Below, piece by piece: positions 62,967 through 64,000 of a stretch of DNA of 64,000 nt. The notes under the pieces are model-generated. The model ran no database searches. It had not been told where the DNA came from and saw only the letters and a program-made list of their open reading frames with translations. The stretch is from an uncultured delta proteobacterium (GTDB lineage Bacteria; Desulfobacterota; Binatia; Binatales; Binataceae). Position 1 is the stretch's first letter, and each line of letters begins with the position of its first letter. Both the position numbers and the translations under genes were made by a program. The DNA lies in the NCBI GenBank assembly GCA_963808235.1, contig CAWEEQ010000001.1, forward strand, positions 1 to 64,000, in the 5' to 3' direction.

Positions 62967-63797
62967 ATGATAGCTGAATCCGACGAACCTCCGTCGCGAG
63001 CAGAGGCGCGCGTAGATACCAACGAATTTTTCTTCCCCGGAGGGGGCGTCAGCGTCCTCCTGGTTCACGGCCTGACTGGAACCCCATACGAGATGCGCTA
63101 TCTCGGCGAGCGGATGGCCGCGCGCGGGATGCGGGTGCGCGGGGTGAAGCTGGCCGGTCACGCCGGCGCTCCCGAGGATCTCGGACTCGCCGGCTACGAC
63201 AATTGGTACGAAAGCGTGGTGAGCGGACTCGAGGAGTTGCGCCAATTCGGCGAGCCCAACGTAGTTGTAGGACTCTCGATGGGCGCGGTGCTGTCGGCGC
63301 GAGTCGCGGCCGATCAGCGCGAGGCGGTTGCGGGTCTGGTGATGCTCGCGCCGGCATTTTTTCTGCCCACTGCGACCACCATCCAGGTCAACCTGGTCCG
63401 GATGCTCGGTTCCCTGACCCGAAATCTCTACCTTTACAATTCGAACGCGTCGGACATTTACGATGCGGCCGCGCGCAGCCTGCACCCGAGGTTCCCGCTG
63501 ATGCCGCTGACCGCGCCGATGAAGCTGCTCGACTTATGCGCAGTAGTGAAGCCGAAGCTCGCGCATATCACGCAGCCGGCGCTGGTGATGCATTCCAAGC
63601 GCGATCACACCTGCCCGATTCGCAAAAATCTCGACTACGTGATGAAGCATCTCGGCAGCCCGGAAAAGCGCGCCGTCGAGCTCGAGCAGAGCTATCACGT
63701 GATCACAGTCGACTGCGAAAAAGAGAGCGTTGCGAACGAAGTGATCGAGTTCGTCGAGCGGTTCCGGGTCGCGCCGCAAAAACGCGCCGCCGGCTAG
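62967..63797 (+). CDS. Carboxylesterase (alpha/beta hydrolase)
   Basis: VHGLTG, LAGH, GLSMG, D.., SYHVIT. Confidence 0.88.
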   Translation: MIAESDEPPSRAEARVDTNEFFFPGGGVSVLLVHGLTGTPYEMRYLGERMAARGMRVRGVKLAGHAGAPEDLGLAGYDNWYESVVSGLEELRQFGEPNVVVGLSMGAVLSARVAADQREAVAGLVMLAPAFFLPTATTIQVNLVRMLGSLTRNLYLYNSNASDIYDAAARSLHPRFPLMPLTAPMKLLDLCAVVKPKLAHITQPALVMHSKRDHTCPIRKNLDYVMKHLGSPEKRAVELEQSYHVITVDCEKESVANEVIEFVERFRVAPQKRAAG

Positions 63798-63806
63798 CGC
63801 GCCAGA

Positions 63807-64000
63807 TCAGCTCCGACTGTCGTAAAATTCCTCGAGCAGGTACTTCACGTCGGGACGGCCGAGCACCTCGATAAAGCAAATCTCGTCGTTTGCGTTCAGA
63901 TCGATTATCACCTGCCCGTCCATCGATTGCAGCTCGACGTAGTTGGCGACCTTCACTTCGGCGGCGGTCGCGAAGCTCGCACAATTATCGTCGCCGCAAT
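63807..64000 (-). CDS. 3' part of a hypothetical protein (runs off window)
   Basis: Open frame CGDDNCASFAT...IIDL...EICFIEVLGRPDV...stop at 63807. Confidence 0.5.
   Translation of the reverse strand, partial: CGDDNCASFATAAEVKVANYVELQSMDGQVIIDLNANDEICFIEVLGRPDVKYLLEEFYDSRS

Overview
GC-rich (~62%) bacterial chromosome window; gene content (DUF1329, DUF6306-like, REP-like palindromes) suggests Candidatus Binatia (inference). The right half (~29.8-64 kb) is mostly core genome: RND pump, a MauG-like/metallophosphoesterase/cytochrome trio, bacterioferritin-like gene, pcnB, ilvE, bcp, amtB, mreBCD-mrdA-rodA, ppiD/surA. The left half (1-29.7 kb) is a composite accessory region ending at tRNA-Val(CAC). 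Next to the tRNA is an integrative mobilizable element: tyrosine integrase, xis, XRE+ImmA, MOBF relaxase, T4CP, RHH, oriT, lone pilin, DUF2274 and a FokI-like nuclease with no methylase. Further left are two ~440-bp diverged copies of an att-proximal module that both end in a tRNA-Leu(TAA) anticodon-arm core. One copy is followed by a solitary type I-G-like CRISPR repeat. A 41-bp motif occurs three times, and there are four tiny Cys/His proteins and cargo genes (mprF-acvB, sulfatase, FRG, APH). Many single-base frameshifts, including in core genes, are probably long-read errors. All calls come from reading motifs by eye; no database search was run.
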